Of a DNA stretch of 64,000 nt, positions 23,948-35,965 are shown piece by piece; the stretch's first letter is position 1, and each line of letters starts with the position of its first letter. Origin of the DNA: Macrostomum lignano (taxonomy: Eukaryota); assembly GCA_002269645.1 (NCBI GenBank), contig NIVC01000825.1, forward strand, positions 186,001 to 250,000, written 5' to 3'. The translations under genes and the position numbers were made by a program. The notes under the pieces are model-generated. The model was given only the letters and a program-made list of their open reading frames with translations, had not been told where the DNA came from and made no database searches.

Positions 23948-24152
23948 TGTGTGTCAGCAGAGCGTCAAGATGTGTGTCAGCAGAGGGCCAAGATGTGTGT
24001 CAGCAGAGGGCCAAGATGTGTGTCAGCAGAGGGCCAAGATGTGTGTCAGCAGAGGGCCAAGATGTGTGTCAGCAGAGGGCCAAGATGTGTGTCAGCAGAG
24101 GGCCAAGATGTGTGTCAGCAGAGGGCCAAGATGTGTCAGCAGAGGGCCAAGA
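23948..24152. repeat. 23-bp tandem array (GATGTGTGTCAGCAGAGGGCCAA)n
   Basis: Period 23, about 9 copies. Confidence 0.95.
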
Positions 24153-24457
24153 TAGGTAATATACGAGTATGGTGCTTTATTTACATAAAGTAACCTTCAG
24201 CTGCAAAAAAATCGGATAGATCAAAGATCTATAAATCATTTCAAAGTGAATTGATGATTTTTGTGTATTTTAGACTCACGTCAAGTCTGCAGTTTCCCCG
24301 GGGATTAGTCTTAGTCGAAATTCAGTTTGTCTTACTGTCCGTTGTTTAAGGCGAGATTATCTTTTAGCCTCAATTTGTTCTGCCGCCGTTTCTCTCAAAC
24401 TGGGTGGCATTTTTCACTCGACATGTCTATCTTCTGTAAACTGAAAGCTATTAAACC

Positions 24458-24775
<318 letters not shown>

Positions 24776-25324
24776 TCTTCCATTATCCAGCCAGAGTAGC
24801 GTCCTATTTCAGTTGCCATGCTGGCCGTCCCTGTCTGTGCCGCATCCCAGTTGCTGATCAATCCCAAAGCCCAGCTGCTCACACTTTGCCGAGCAAACAC
24901 TTGCCACTACATCCGGGACGCTTTGAGCAGGAGAATGCTCACGGCGCGCTCACGTTGAGTTATGAACTCAAACGGCCATGCAAAACGCGTTTCAATTCAT
25001 CATTTTTTCACCGCAACAAAGGGCCGCACGTGATGTTATTAATTTTTTTGTTGCCCTATACAATCCTACCCATGCAGTTCTTGAGAAAAGAAATTTATGA
25101 AGACTGGAAATACTTCACTTGGCGTGTCTGCTCAGAGGGCATAAAGTCAATCTCAACGTCATGTTATGCTTAAAAAATCATGCCATTATGCTTTGTTGGG
25201 GACAATGCTATCAATAGGAATCGTTTATGATACAAAATTACTATTTTGCTTTCATGCCCTCTGTTGTCTACTGTTAGTAAGCTAAAATCATGCTTTCTAA
25301 ATAATACGGTTAGAATAGAGGTGA

Positions 25325-25760
25325 TGCAGAATGTAGCTGGAATTGATGTGGAATGCAGCTGGAATTGATGAGGAATGCAGCTGGAATTGATGAGGAATGT
25401 ATCTGGAATTGATGAGGAATGCAGCTGGAATTGATGAGGAATGCAGCTGGAATTGATGAGGAATGCAGCTGGAATTGATGAGGAATGTATCTGGAATTGA
25501 TGAGGAATGCAGCTGGAATTGATGAGGAATGCAGCTGGAATTGATGAGGAACGCAGCTGGAGTTGATGAGGAATGCAGCTGGAATTGATGAGGAATGCAG
25601 CTGGAATTGATGTGGAATGCAGCTGGAATTGATGAGGAATGCAGCTGGAATTGATGAGGAACGCAGCTGGAGTTGATGAGGAATGCAGCTGGAATTGATG
25701 AGGAATGCAGCTGGAATTGATGAGGAATGCAGCTGGAATTGATGAGGAATGCAGCTGGAA
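25325..25760. repeat. 22-bp tandem array (GAGGAATGCAGCTGGAATTGAT)n, about 20 copies
   Basis: Period 22. Confidence 0.95.
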
Positions 25761-26412
25761 GCAATGTATACAGCTAATGTGTCAAACATTGAAATGCGCC
25801 AAGCTTTTAAAGTAAAAATACTATTGAAAATAACTGTATTGGCCAGCACGCCCTCCTTAATTCGGCTCACATCCGCATGGCAACAAAGCTGCTCTCCTGA
25901 TCTGCGGTTCTGGCTGTTAGAGAGGCAGCCTGCCGCATGTTTCTGCTCTGTCCCAGTCTCAATGAATAAAAAAAATAGTTAGGCCAGGCAACCAAAGCAG
26001 AAAATTAAAGGTTGAGTAGAGGTCCCAAAAGTTTCCTGTGCAGGCTGGGGTTAAGAGTCACTGCGTGGCACAATGGGCGCTTCCGGTTTGTTTTCAAGCC
26101 ATCTTGGTTGCTAGGATACCACACTGCGGGGATCTATTGAACAGCCCGAAAGCTCCTATCCATCTTGAATCTATCCCTACCCTCCCCCGACCAACCAACT
26201 CGCAAGTTCAAAAGGCAGATCTTCTTGGGTCGTGTCCATGGCAACAGTTTCTAACCGCGCTCCAAGCTGCTCCGGTGCCGGGCCTCCCCTCCTCCCCTTC
26301 CCTTCATAAGCGGCGGCGCCCGCACACTCCGCTCTGCAGGTCAGCCCCCAGGAAGCTCTTGCTCGCAAGCTCAAGGAGTCGCTTAGTCGGATTTAGCCTC
26401 TATAATTCAACC

Positions 26413-26897
26413 ATGGCCGAAGTTGATCTCACGAACCGCGACCCGAACGCGCTTAACAACCATCTGTCGGTAAGTCCAACTCTTGCAATGATTATTAGTA
26501 GCTATGGCTGAGCCCCTCACGAGTTCGCCAGCTGAAATCGATCTCCCATGCCATCCAGACAGCATTCGAAGATGTCCTTGGAGAGCCGGACGGCATCCAC
26601 AGCATGGACTGCGTGTGGCGCAACTCCTACAGCTGTTTCAACTGCGGCAAGAACTGCCTGTACAAGGTGTGCACCCTGCTCTGCGGCATCTTCATCGCCT
26701 TGTACTGGGGCTGCGTGTTCGCCGCGGTGGCGATGCAGCACATCTGGTGCATCACGCCGTCCTTCAAGGTCTGGGAGATCAACATGGCCTGCATGCGCCA
26801 CTATTCCAAGTCTATCGTGGACTGCTGCCTTGGCCCGTGCTGCGAGACCTGCGGCCTGTTCCTGTCCAACATGAAGCTCACGCAGACCAGCGGATGA
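26413..26897 (+). CDS. cav: Caveolin (131 aa, 2 exons)
   Basis: Exon 26413-26469 MAEVDLTNRDPNALNNHLS followed by gtaag; exon 26559-26897 after ccag, TAFEDVLGEPDGIHSMDCVW... Contains the DLxNRDP motif, the FEDV(I/L)xEP signature, an intramembrane hydrophobic stretch and C-terminal Cys. Confidence 0.95.
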
Positions 26898-27751
26898 TCA
26901 GCCAGAGGAGGGCGCACTGAAGCCAAGCAGAACTGAGGCACCAACAGTAGAAAAACTGAAGACAAGCGCTTATGCTTTTTTTATATGCCTATATTATTCA
27001 TTTTTTCGAAAATGTGCTCCTACCGGACAACAATTAACCAAAACTGTTTAGACAAAAGACTTTATTTCTAAATATGCCTATATCACTTAAAGCTGACTGA
27101 TTTGATGGCAAAATACATTTGAGCAGTTATTTAATGGGAAAGTTTCAAAATAATTTCTACAAATTTCAACTAACATGTCTTCACCTTAAGTAGTCTATAA
27201 AATCAATCGTGGTAGCTTGTGTCCAATACACTCAAGCACAATGATCAATTTGTTAAGAATCAACATCAAAAATCAAAAAGCTATGAAACTAAATATGGCC
27301 GTATGTGGCGTCACCGAAAAGACAGTCAGGAGAACACCACCATATTCACGGCTATCAAGAGTAATAAAATCTGTTCTTTCCGAAATTTCTTGGAGTTAAA
27401 GAGTTGCCAGTGCCACGCACGCACGAGCGCATAAATCACTTGAGGTTTGGAAAACAATTAACAACCCATAAAACAGAAAGATAATGACTAAGCCGAAATT
27501 CCTTCTTGTCTTATCTCGGCAAATTTTGACACTCATTCCAAACGGCAATCTGGTACACGCTGAGGGCAATTATGGAGCATGGCAATCAACTTCTGGCCAG
27601 TTCCCGCGAGACACAGGGAACAGCTGAACAATAATTCCCCCGTGAGAATCAGTCATCAGGACGATTCGGTCCGAATGCTGTATATAATCAATCCTGTAGC
27701 AGCTTCAGAGGCAAAAATTCCCAACAGACATTGAGCATACCGACTCTAATC

Positions 27752-30613
27752 ATGCGCCTGTTTGTGCTCTCCCTGTGCTGCCTGCAGCTGGCCCTGCTCG
27801 CCTCCGCGGTCAAGGAGGACGAGGAGCTCTTCGACTGGCAGGAGTTCCACCTGACCATCGAGAACCCGCAGGCCGCTGCCACTGTTCGTCATTATGTGAA
27901 CGCTCGCGACGTAAGCAATGAACGTTATTTTCGAAGCGCGTAACTTGGCGGACAGCGAGTCTGAGGGTAGTTTCCTCTTAGACCTGAAACACCGAGTCTG
28001 GTGGTGCCACCATGGGTTTTCACTTCAGACGGCAGCCTCCACCATCATTCAGAATACTGCTACCTCTAGAGGCATTAGGCATGCACTTAACCTTCACGAT
28101 CTTCTATCAAAGTACTACCTAAAGCCATAAAGGACTAGGAATTTAGTATTCACGATGTTTAAACAAGTACTATCTCTTTTCAGTCGTTGGCAATCGGCCT
28201 AAGACGCAAGTTAAAAAAACATGCTACTTTTAGTCCACAACCCTTACCATCTGGTCATTTAAATCTATTTGTTGTCCGATAATCAGGAAGGTCCATAATC
28301 TTTACTATAAAAATTAGATTTTGCTGTCCCACAGTTCCTCGTCGCTAACGAGAACCACTTGGGCTACACCGAGAGTGTAGTCGTGCCGCCACAAGAGGTC
28401 ATCGGATTCATGGCCTTCCTCGGCAATCTGCAAGTGAAGTACGAGATTCTGGAGAAGGATGTCGGCGGGTAAGGCAACTTGTTTTGCAGAAATACTGATA
28501 AACAAATTGGTCTACCAACCAAATCAAATGAACCAACTGAATCCTACTTCAGCATGCTGCTGAGGGCCAGGCTGGAAAACAAGCTGAGCGCCAGGGCCTT
28601 CAACAATGACCCGTCGACTTACTTCGCTCAGAGCTCTGAGGTAAGGTTCTCTCTATAACCTGTGAAACGGTTTTTCAATGAAATAATCTATCGATTCTCT
28701 ACATACTTTGATGAATGCATCCGGTTGCAGATCTACACCTGGATGGAGGGCCTGGTCAGTCAGAACAGCGGCGTTGCTTCTCTCGTTTCCATCGGTAGGT
28801 CTTACGAAGGCCGTAATCTTCGCGTGCTGCGGCTGAATATGAACGGCGGCTCCAACAAGCCTGTGATCTTCATTGACGCGGCCATCCATGCCAGGGAGTG
28901 GCTGGCCCCCGCCACTCTTAACTACATCGTCAAGCAGCTTATCAACGACTACAAGGCCGGAAACAGCGAGGTCCGGACGCTAATGAACAAGTTTGACTGG
29001 CACTTCATGCCGGTGGTCAACCCCGACGGCTATGACTACACATTCCGATCCAGCTCGGTTAGTTCGAAGATAAAGCTAGCTAAAACGTACTCAACAGGTG
29101 ATAATTGAACTTTTTTTTCAAATGTTCTCCCAGACCAGGTACTGGCGCAAGACCCGCAAGCCGTACAGATTCGCCTACGGCGCCGATCCCAACCGCAACT
29201 TTGACTTCATGTTCGGCGGACCCGGAACCAGCAACAACCCGTCCAGCGACATTTACCACGGCCCGAATGCATTCTCTGAGCCGGAGACCAAGGCTTTGAG
29301 CGACTACCTGACCGGCATTAGAAACCAGCTGCAGCGGGGCATGTACATCAGCTTCCACACCTACGGACAGTGGTGGCTGACCCCGCCTGGCTACACCCGA
29401 TCTCTGCCTTCCGACCACACCGAAATGGTGAGCACTTGATTCGTGAGCACCTGACTAAATTCATTACCTAATTAAAATTGCTAAAAAACGCATTGAAACT
29501 CTACACGAACAGATGAGAGTTGGAAACGCTGCGGCAGCGGCCATCCGTGCGGTTAGCGGACAAAACTTCCGCGTTGGTCAGCCTGCCAACGTCGGCCTGT
29601 GTAAGTTTTGGGAATTGAACCAGAATAGGGATAGTTAGTTTGAAGTCAGAGCTGATGGCATCCAGGGTGTAGAGCAGTTGTTAATTTGGGTTTAACATCC
29701 GTAAAGTATATAGAATTCAGCAGTTGTTAATTTGGCTTTGTAGCGGAGGGGTTTGTAGGCCCTGGTGTGCCGAAAATCAAGGCAACTGGCGACCCCGCAG
29801 CCAGCGAGGAGCAGCCAGTAGTTATGCCCATTTCGCTCACCCTCAAGCTCGTGCTCTCGCACGGAGATGCACACAGGCTGTACAAATTTCTCTTCGTCAG
29901 TCGTGCGCACTCTGTCCAAGGAAAAGACCCAAATAGACGCGAATTGTTCGACACACTCTAAGGCAGATTTCTGTCCCGTTGAAAACGAGAGTTAAACTTG
30001 AAAGTAAATAAACGAAAAGTAACTTTTGTTGGTTAATTTACCGTATTTTAACTTTTGAAAAGGCGAATTTACGTTAGTCAACCACACTCACTTTGTAGGT
30101 TAATTTCGGTTAACAAGCTCGTGAATTAACGTAAATTTACCCTCCTTAAAGCTATAAAGTATCGTCAACAACAAACAGCAACAACAAAGTGAAACCTTAA
30201 ATAACGTTTATTTACATAAAATGACGTTAATCAACCTTCAGGCTATTGTTTAATTACCCCCCCCCCCTCGTTAATTAATTATATTAACGTATATTAACCC
30301 TCGTTTTCAACGGGCTTGCGCTCTCAAGAAATCGACTTCGTGTACTTAGATGAGAGAGACGCCTTTCTAAGCCAGAGCTTCGTGCACTTTAAGCTTCAGT
30401 CTCTCTTCAACCGCGTCTTTTCCAGACGAGGCCGCTGGCGGCAGCTACGACTGGGTGAAGTACCGCCTGGGCGTCAAGTACTCCTTCACGCCGGAGCTGC
30501 GGCCGTACTACAACGGCTCCCTGAGCGGTTTCTCGCCCAGCGCCAGAGAGATCCCGAATAGCGGCAAGGAGATCTACCAGGCTGTCAAGGCCGTGGTTAA
30601 GGAGATCATGTGA
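27752..30613 (+). CDS. Secreted zinc carboxypeptidase, M14A family (pre-pro-enzyme, 425 aa, 7 exons)
   Basis: Exons 27752-27910, 28335-28468, 28553-28640, 28731-29057, 29134-29427, 29513-29600, 30426-30613, all GT-AG and phase-consistent. Signal peptide, propeptide, HAREW (H69/E72), WRKTR, DPNRNF, SFHTY (H196), Y248, ELRP (E270). AATAAA at 30726. Confidence 0.96.
29975..30314. mobile_element. MITE in carboxypeptidase intron 6
   Basis: TIR CCCGTTGAAAACGAG[A/G]GTTAA (20/21 match); AT-rich interior; no clear TSD. Confidence 0.75.
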
Positions 30614-31273
30614 TTGAGCTGTTGAGCGTGATGGGGTCTTCTGAGACGTCTTCTGAGACGGGCATTCGTCTGTGCAGTTTAATAGTTGACTGCTTTGCTA
30701 TCAAGATATGAATGATTAAATAATGAATAAAATGATTCAGTGTAGCAGCAACTGTTGTAAAACCCTTCTCCGCTCTGTTAAGCGCAAAAATCTTGGAATT
30801 TAGTCTGTCTTTTATTCAAAGCCTACATGCTTAGTCCAATGACCACTATAATGAGAATATTTGCCAGTGTTGCGTCCAGATACAACGGTAACTTCTAGTG
30901 GTCCTTGGCTAAGTCCTTGCTTAGGCTGTTTCTACGAGTAGAAGGAAAAGAAAATTGTTTCTACTAATGCATTACTGACAAAAAATCAAAAGTATAGTTT
31001 AAAGTGCACTCTGTTGTGGGGCCGGGCAGCCCAGCGGCAGCTCTGGCTCTCTCGCGCTACAACTGTTGGTTCGATTCCGTTCGCGACCACATTGATCTGC
31101 GGTTGGTGAAAAAATATTGGGAGATCAGCGGTTTATGAAGTTTGCTCACTGATACTTAAATAGAACTTTGAACGTACATGTTCACAGGGGAGGCCTTGAC
31201 CAGCTGACAAAGATTAAGAAATCAGAAACGAGTCTGGTCTAACACGACTTTGAATCTCACTTTTGGACACACC

Positions 31274-31540
31274 TGTAGAAGATTACAGCATACCCATCCG
31301 GAGGTGTAGAAGATCACAGCATACCCATCCGGAGGTGTAGAAGATCACAGCATACCCATCCGGAGGTGTAGAAGATCACAGCATACCCATCCGGAGGTGT
31401 AGAAGATCACAGCATACCCATCCGGAGGTGTAGAAGATTACAGCACACCCATCCGGAGGTGTAGAAGATTACAGCACACCCATCCGGAGGTGTAGAAGAT
31501 TACAGCACACCCATCCAGAGGTGTAGAAGATTACAGCATT
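31274..31540. repeat. 31-bp tandem array (GTAGAAGATCACAGCATACCCATCCGGAGGT)n
   Basis: Period 31, about 8.5 copies. Confidence 0.95.
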
Positions 31541-32599
31541 ACAGCAACTCAATGCAATCGGACTCTGCGACCCACCTAGCTGAATTATTCACAGCACAGT
31601 TGTTCATCTGGAGTGATTCGAAACTGGACAGTTGATAAATGTATTGCAAATTATTTTTTGCTTTAAATGACTCTATGTAACTGCGGAGCATTCAGTCATA
31701 TGTAAGTACTGTGCGAACTAAAAAGGAGCAGTCTGGAATATTCTAGATAAGGAGTAAGTATTCGCTTATTAAAGTTAAACATATCAGTAATTGGCGATTT
31801 TATGTATAGCAATGCGTTTACAACCTACAAGCTACAACGCTCCCACTTAATTTGCATACTACCGGTAACCACAGATACTATAATAACTAGATGGGCCACT
31901 CTGGCATATATACTTGGCAAAACAGCTTTCTACTTTCAGTTCAGTAGCAAAGAAGAATATATAAGCTATTTTATAAGAATAAAGGCAGCTGAGATGACTT
32001 TGATAAGTTTAGAAGCCCAAGCTTGCAGACGTAAACAGCTTGCTAATTAGTTCAGACAAAATGTACATTAGCCACTGAAATGTACAAGGCAGATTTAGGC
32101 CGGAACAATCAAAGAAGGTAATAAAATTAGGTCGCGGGCCGGGGTTAGAGGTTCTATGAGGAGTTTGAGGGTTTAATAGCTTAGGAAGGGTTAGAGCCAA
32201 TAAATAAGCTTTGTCTTTAAAAATACATTAGAATGTTTCTGTTTAACTTACTACTGAACTGAAAGTAGCTGGCACGCAAATGTGCTGAGTGGCCTATCTA
32301 GTTGTTCTAGTATCCGTGCCGATAACGCAGTATCAAAAGGTTTCAGAAAAACGGGCACATTTTAATGAAGGATGTTACATTGTATAGTTGTAAATTTTAC
32401 TAACGATAATGTCACTTATAATCACATTGCAATTTTGAAGTGAATAAACGGTAATAAATAAATGTAGTTATTGGCATCTGTCAATCATGAATCATTTCGC
32501 AATATGTAGCCAGTTATCATTTAACAGTTAATAATCTCTCCTGGATGAGCGAACAGCATTTCTTGGAGCTTGCAATTTGCCTTTCAAGCAAGAATTAGG

Positions 32600-33830
32600 T
32601 GCCTTTCAGGGACAACGGGGAAAGAAGATCATCGCGGGATCTCGCTGATTTCTCTTGTAACAGTTTGCTGCTTCTTGCTACTCCAGCAACTCGGTCACTC
32701 TGATAAGTTTGAAAATATATCCAGTCGTAGAGCGTCGGTCGTTCTGATATCCAGTCCAGTAGGCATAAAAAAAGCCAGTTAGATTTTTATTGTTATTATT
32801 GTTTATTGATCCAATCGATCATTTTTCTAAACTGAAAGCTGAGACAGGACTTCTGCAGCGGCCCAATAACCACTGAGGACGTTGTGCTGTTCGCTCGGAA
32901 AACACCAGGCGGCAAGGCGCTCGGCCCCGACGAAGTCCCGGTCGAAGCGTTGCGGCTCCGCTGTGTGGCCTCCCAGGTCACAGGCGTCATGAACCGCGTG
33001 CTCGCCGGCGCCCCAGCCCCTACCGAATGGACCATCGGGCACATCGCGCCGATCCCGAAGAAAGCAGGGACATCGCGGAAAGAAGACCACCGTGGAATCT
33101 CGCTGATGTCTTGCATCGCGAAGCTCTTCAACCGGCTGCTGCTCGATCGCCTGCAGTCGGCGCTGGACTCGTACCTGCGGTACGAGCAGAACGGATTCCG
33201 GCTGCAACGCGGTACAGTGACACAGATCCTCGCACTCCGTTGTGTCGTCGAGGAGGTGCGCATCCGCCAGTCTACGCTGATCTTTGTCTTCGTTGACTTT
33301 CGAAAGGCGTTAGACTCAGAGTTGAAAGCCGTGCTTCCCTTCCTACCGGGTCCCACAGCAGCCAACCGTCGCTTCATATCGCTATATTGCGACACTCGAG
33401 CTACTGTGGTCACGGCGGAAGACCTGTTTGACACTTTATCAGAAGTTCTGCAGGGCGACACGCTGGCACCGTTCCTCTTCATGGTGCTGCTGGACTGGGT
33501 GCTTCGGACTGCACTCTCCTTGGCGCAGATGCAGACGCATCGGTGAAAAGCGTCTGAGCGTGCTTGGTTACTCAGACGACCTCGCCCTCTTGTTATCCTC
33601 GTCCGTTGAAGGCTCCCAGCGCCAGACCGACAGGCTGGTCGAGTTGGCATCGAGCATCGGTCTAATTGTCAACACGCTGAAGACCTAGGTGCTGAGTGTG
33701 CCGACCGACATCCCAGCGGACCTGACGTGCCGCGGCACAGATGGGCAGACAACCAGGCTCGCACGCTGCCAGCGGTTCACCTACCTCGGCGGTCTGGTGC
33801 CCCACGTGGGGGAAGACCTCCGGCGGCCCA
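32600..33830 (+). pseudogene. Decayed non-LTR retrotransposon (LINE, RTE/RTEX-like) reverse transcriptase
   Basis: GKALGPDEVP, PIPKK..EDHRGISL, EQNGFR, FVDFRKALDS, LQGDTLAPFLF, YSDDLALL, FTYLG. Internal deletions, a frameshift and stops. A second KEDHRGISL fragment lies at about 32600-32670. Confidence 0.9.
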
Positions 33831-34520
33831 TAGCTAACGGAGCAGCAACTGACGCGAGATGCAACAGTATTGAATTATGACATCAGCGCTATGGAAACTT
33901 GAGTGAACAAGCTCTAAAAGAGGAAGTTTAGTTGTTGCTGTTGAATAAGAGCAACATGCAGGCTGACGGCATCTCAATTTGTAAGGCATGTGTGGAAAGC
34001 AAATGCACAGAAAATCAGTTAAGAAGGGCGAGAGCTTAATGTCCAACGGACTATTGGACTATTGAATCACAGCGATGTGTGCGGCCCAATGCAAACCACG
34101 TCAATTGGAGAAGCGAAATGCTTTGTCACATCACCGATGACAGCTCGCGCTACTGTTCTGTCGATTTTCTGGAAAAAAAACAAGTCGATAGTTTCAGACA
34201 AATTCAAGAATTTTCAAGCGCTAGTCACAAACCGAGCAGATAAATCTATAGAGGTTAATCGAACTGATAATGGAGGAGAGTATGCATCCGGCTAATTCGA
34301 AGCCTTCTGTTTCCAAAACGGAATAATTAATGAAACTACTGTGCCATATTCCTCAGAACAGAATGGAGTTGCAGAAAGTATTAACACAACCTTGGTGGAT
34401 GCAGCTAGGTCAATGATTGCGCATGCTGATCTTGGCAAGGAATTCTGGGCTGAGGCTGTGGCTACTGCACTATACCTTCGCAGTACAGTCAGCAAAGCGA
34501 CACTATCAAATATGGACTGG
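33830..34520 (+). pseudogene. Copia/Ty1 pre-integrase and integrase core remnant
   Basis: HSDVCGPMQTTSIGEAK, RTDNGGEY, TVPYSSEQNGVAESINTTLVDAARSMI, FWAEAVATALYLR; stops and frameshifts. Confidence 0.9.
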
Positions 34521-34569
34521 CAACAAACCGAACGTGCAACAGTAGCGACTTTCGAAAATATAGCTTGTC

Positions 34570-35100
34570 TTCGATCGGTAGCGAATGCTATTAGCCCTCG
34601 ATCGGTAGCAGAGGCTATTAGCCCTCGATCGGTAGCAAATGCTAGTAGCCCTCGATCAATAGCAGATTCCATTAGCCCTCGATCGGTAGCGCATGCTATT
34701 AGCCCTCGATATGTAGCGAATGCTAGTAGCCCTCGATCGGTAGCAGAGGCTATTAGTCCTCGATCGGCAACAGATGCGATTAGCCCTCGATCGGTAGCGC
34801 ATGCTATTAGCCCTCGATCGGTAGCGAATGCTAGTATAGCCCTCGATCGGTAGCAGAGGCTATTAGTCCTCGATCGGCAACAGATGCGATTAGCCCTCGA
34901 TCGGTAGCAGAGGCTATTAGCCCTCGATCGGTAACAGATGCTATTAGTCTTCGATCGGTAACAGATGCTATTAGCCCGTCGATCGGTAGCAAATGCTAGT
35001 AGCCCTCGATCGGTAACAGGTGCTAGTAGTCCTCGGTCGGTAGCAGACGCTAGTAGTCCTCGGTCGGTAGCAGACGCTAGTAGTCCTCGGTCGATCGGTA
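34570..35100. repeat. 27-bp tandem array (TATTAGCCCTCGATCGGTAGCAGAGGC-like), about 19 copies
   Basis: Period 27; directly follows the Copia fragment. Confidence 0.93.
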
Positions 35101-35524
35101 GAAGCAGTCTCCCGTAAGTAGCAGATACTATACGAAAATTAGTTGGTCGGTCCTCGACCGCGAGAGCAAGTGCAACTTAATCTTTTTTAAATGAGCAAGT
35201 CAACTGAGAGCCTCAATACAAACGCTAGGCCTTTCTTAATTCATCGAAGAATAAGTTCATTTAGACAGCAAATAGAAATAGTGAAATCTCTAGAGCGTTA
35301 TGGACAAACATACAAACAAACAAACAAACATTAGAGATTTAGTGTATTGTGATTTGATTATTTCTTAATTAATAGCTATTTATTCGCACCAGACTACTTA
35401 TACTCCGTGTTTGTTGCTTGTTTGTTTCGTTTGAGTTGCACTCGCAAGTTTATCGAGCTGATTTTTTCATGAAATGCTCGGCAAAAAGCAGAGTTCTAGA
35501 GAAACTTCAGTTGTTCGAATCTCT

Positions 35525-35680
35525 GTAGTGCGAGGATGTAGCCCAGCGGTCCAGGCTCGATTTCAAGTGCAGTCACATTTATTTGAGGCTGAATTCGAAT
35601 CTCGGCTTGGCTCGAATTAATGCCCTTGAGGGCCAACCCCCAAGGCACAGTGAATTGTACATGCTTAACGATAGTCAATT
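35525..35680 (+). mobile_element. SINE fragment homologous to 19840-20020
   Basis: Shared CCAGCGG[C/T]CCAGGCTCGATT[C/T]CAAGTGCAGTC, GAATCTCGGCTTGGCTC and CCAACCCCCAAG[A/G]CACAG. Confidence 0.7.
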
Positions 35681-35965
35681 TTTGAGAAGTGACTCAAAAA
35701 CCAGATTCTGCTGCTCCGTGCAATAATTCCAAAGCGATATGAATCTACTAATCCCTCAGATTGGTGTATTGACTCGAGAGACTTCTATGCACACGCACCT
35801 GCTTTCCGCAGTCGTGAGGATATATCTCTATTTGCCTACAAAAGCCCCACCACCTGCAACACCTTGCAGGGGCCAACTGTTCCGATCAGTAAATACCGGT
35901 TGACTCGCGCAGAAACTTGCAGAGCTCCGCTTCCAAAGTTGCTAAAGGCTGTATTCGAGTTAGGC

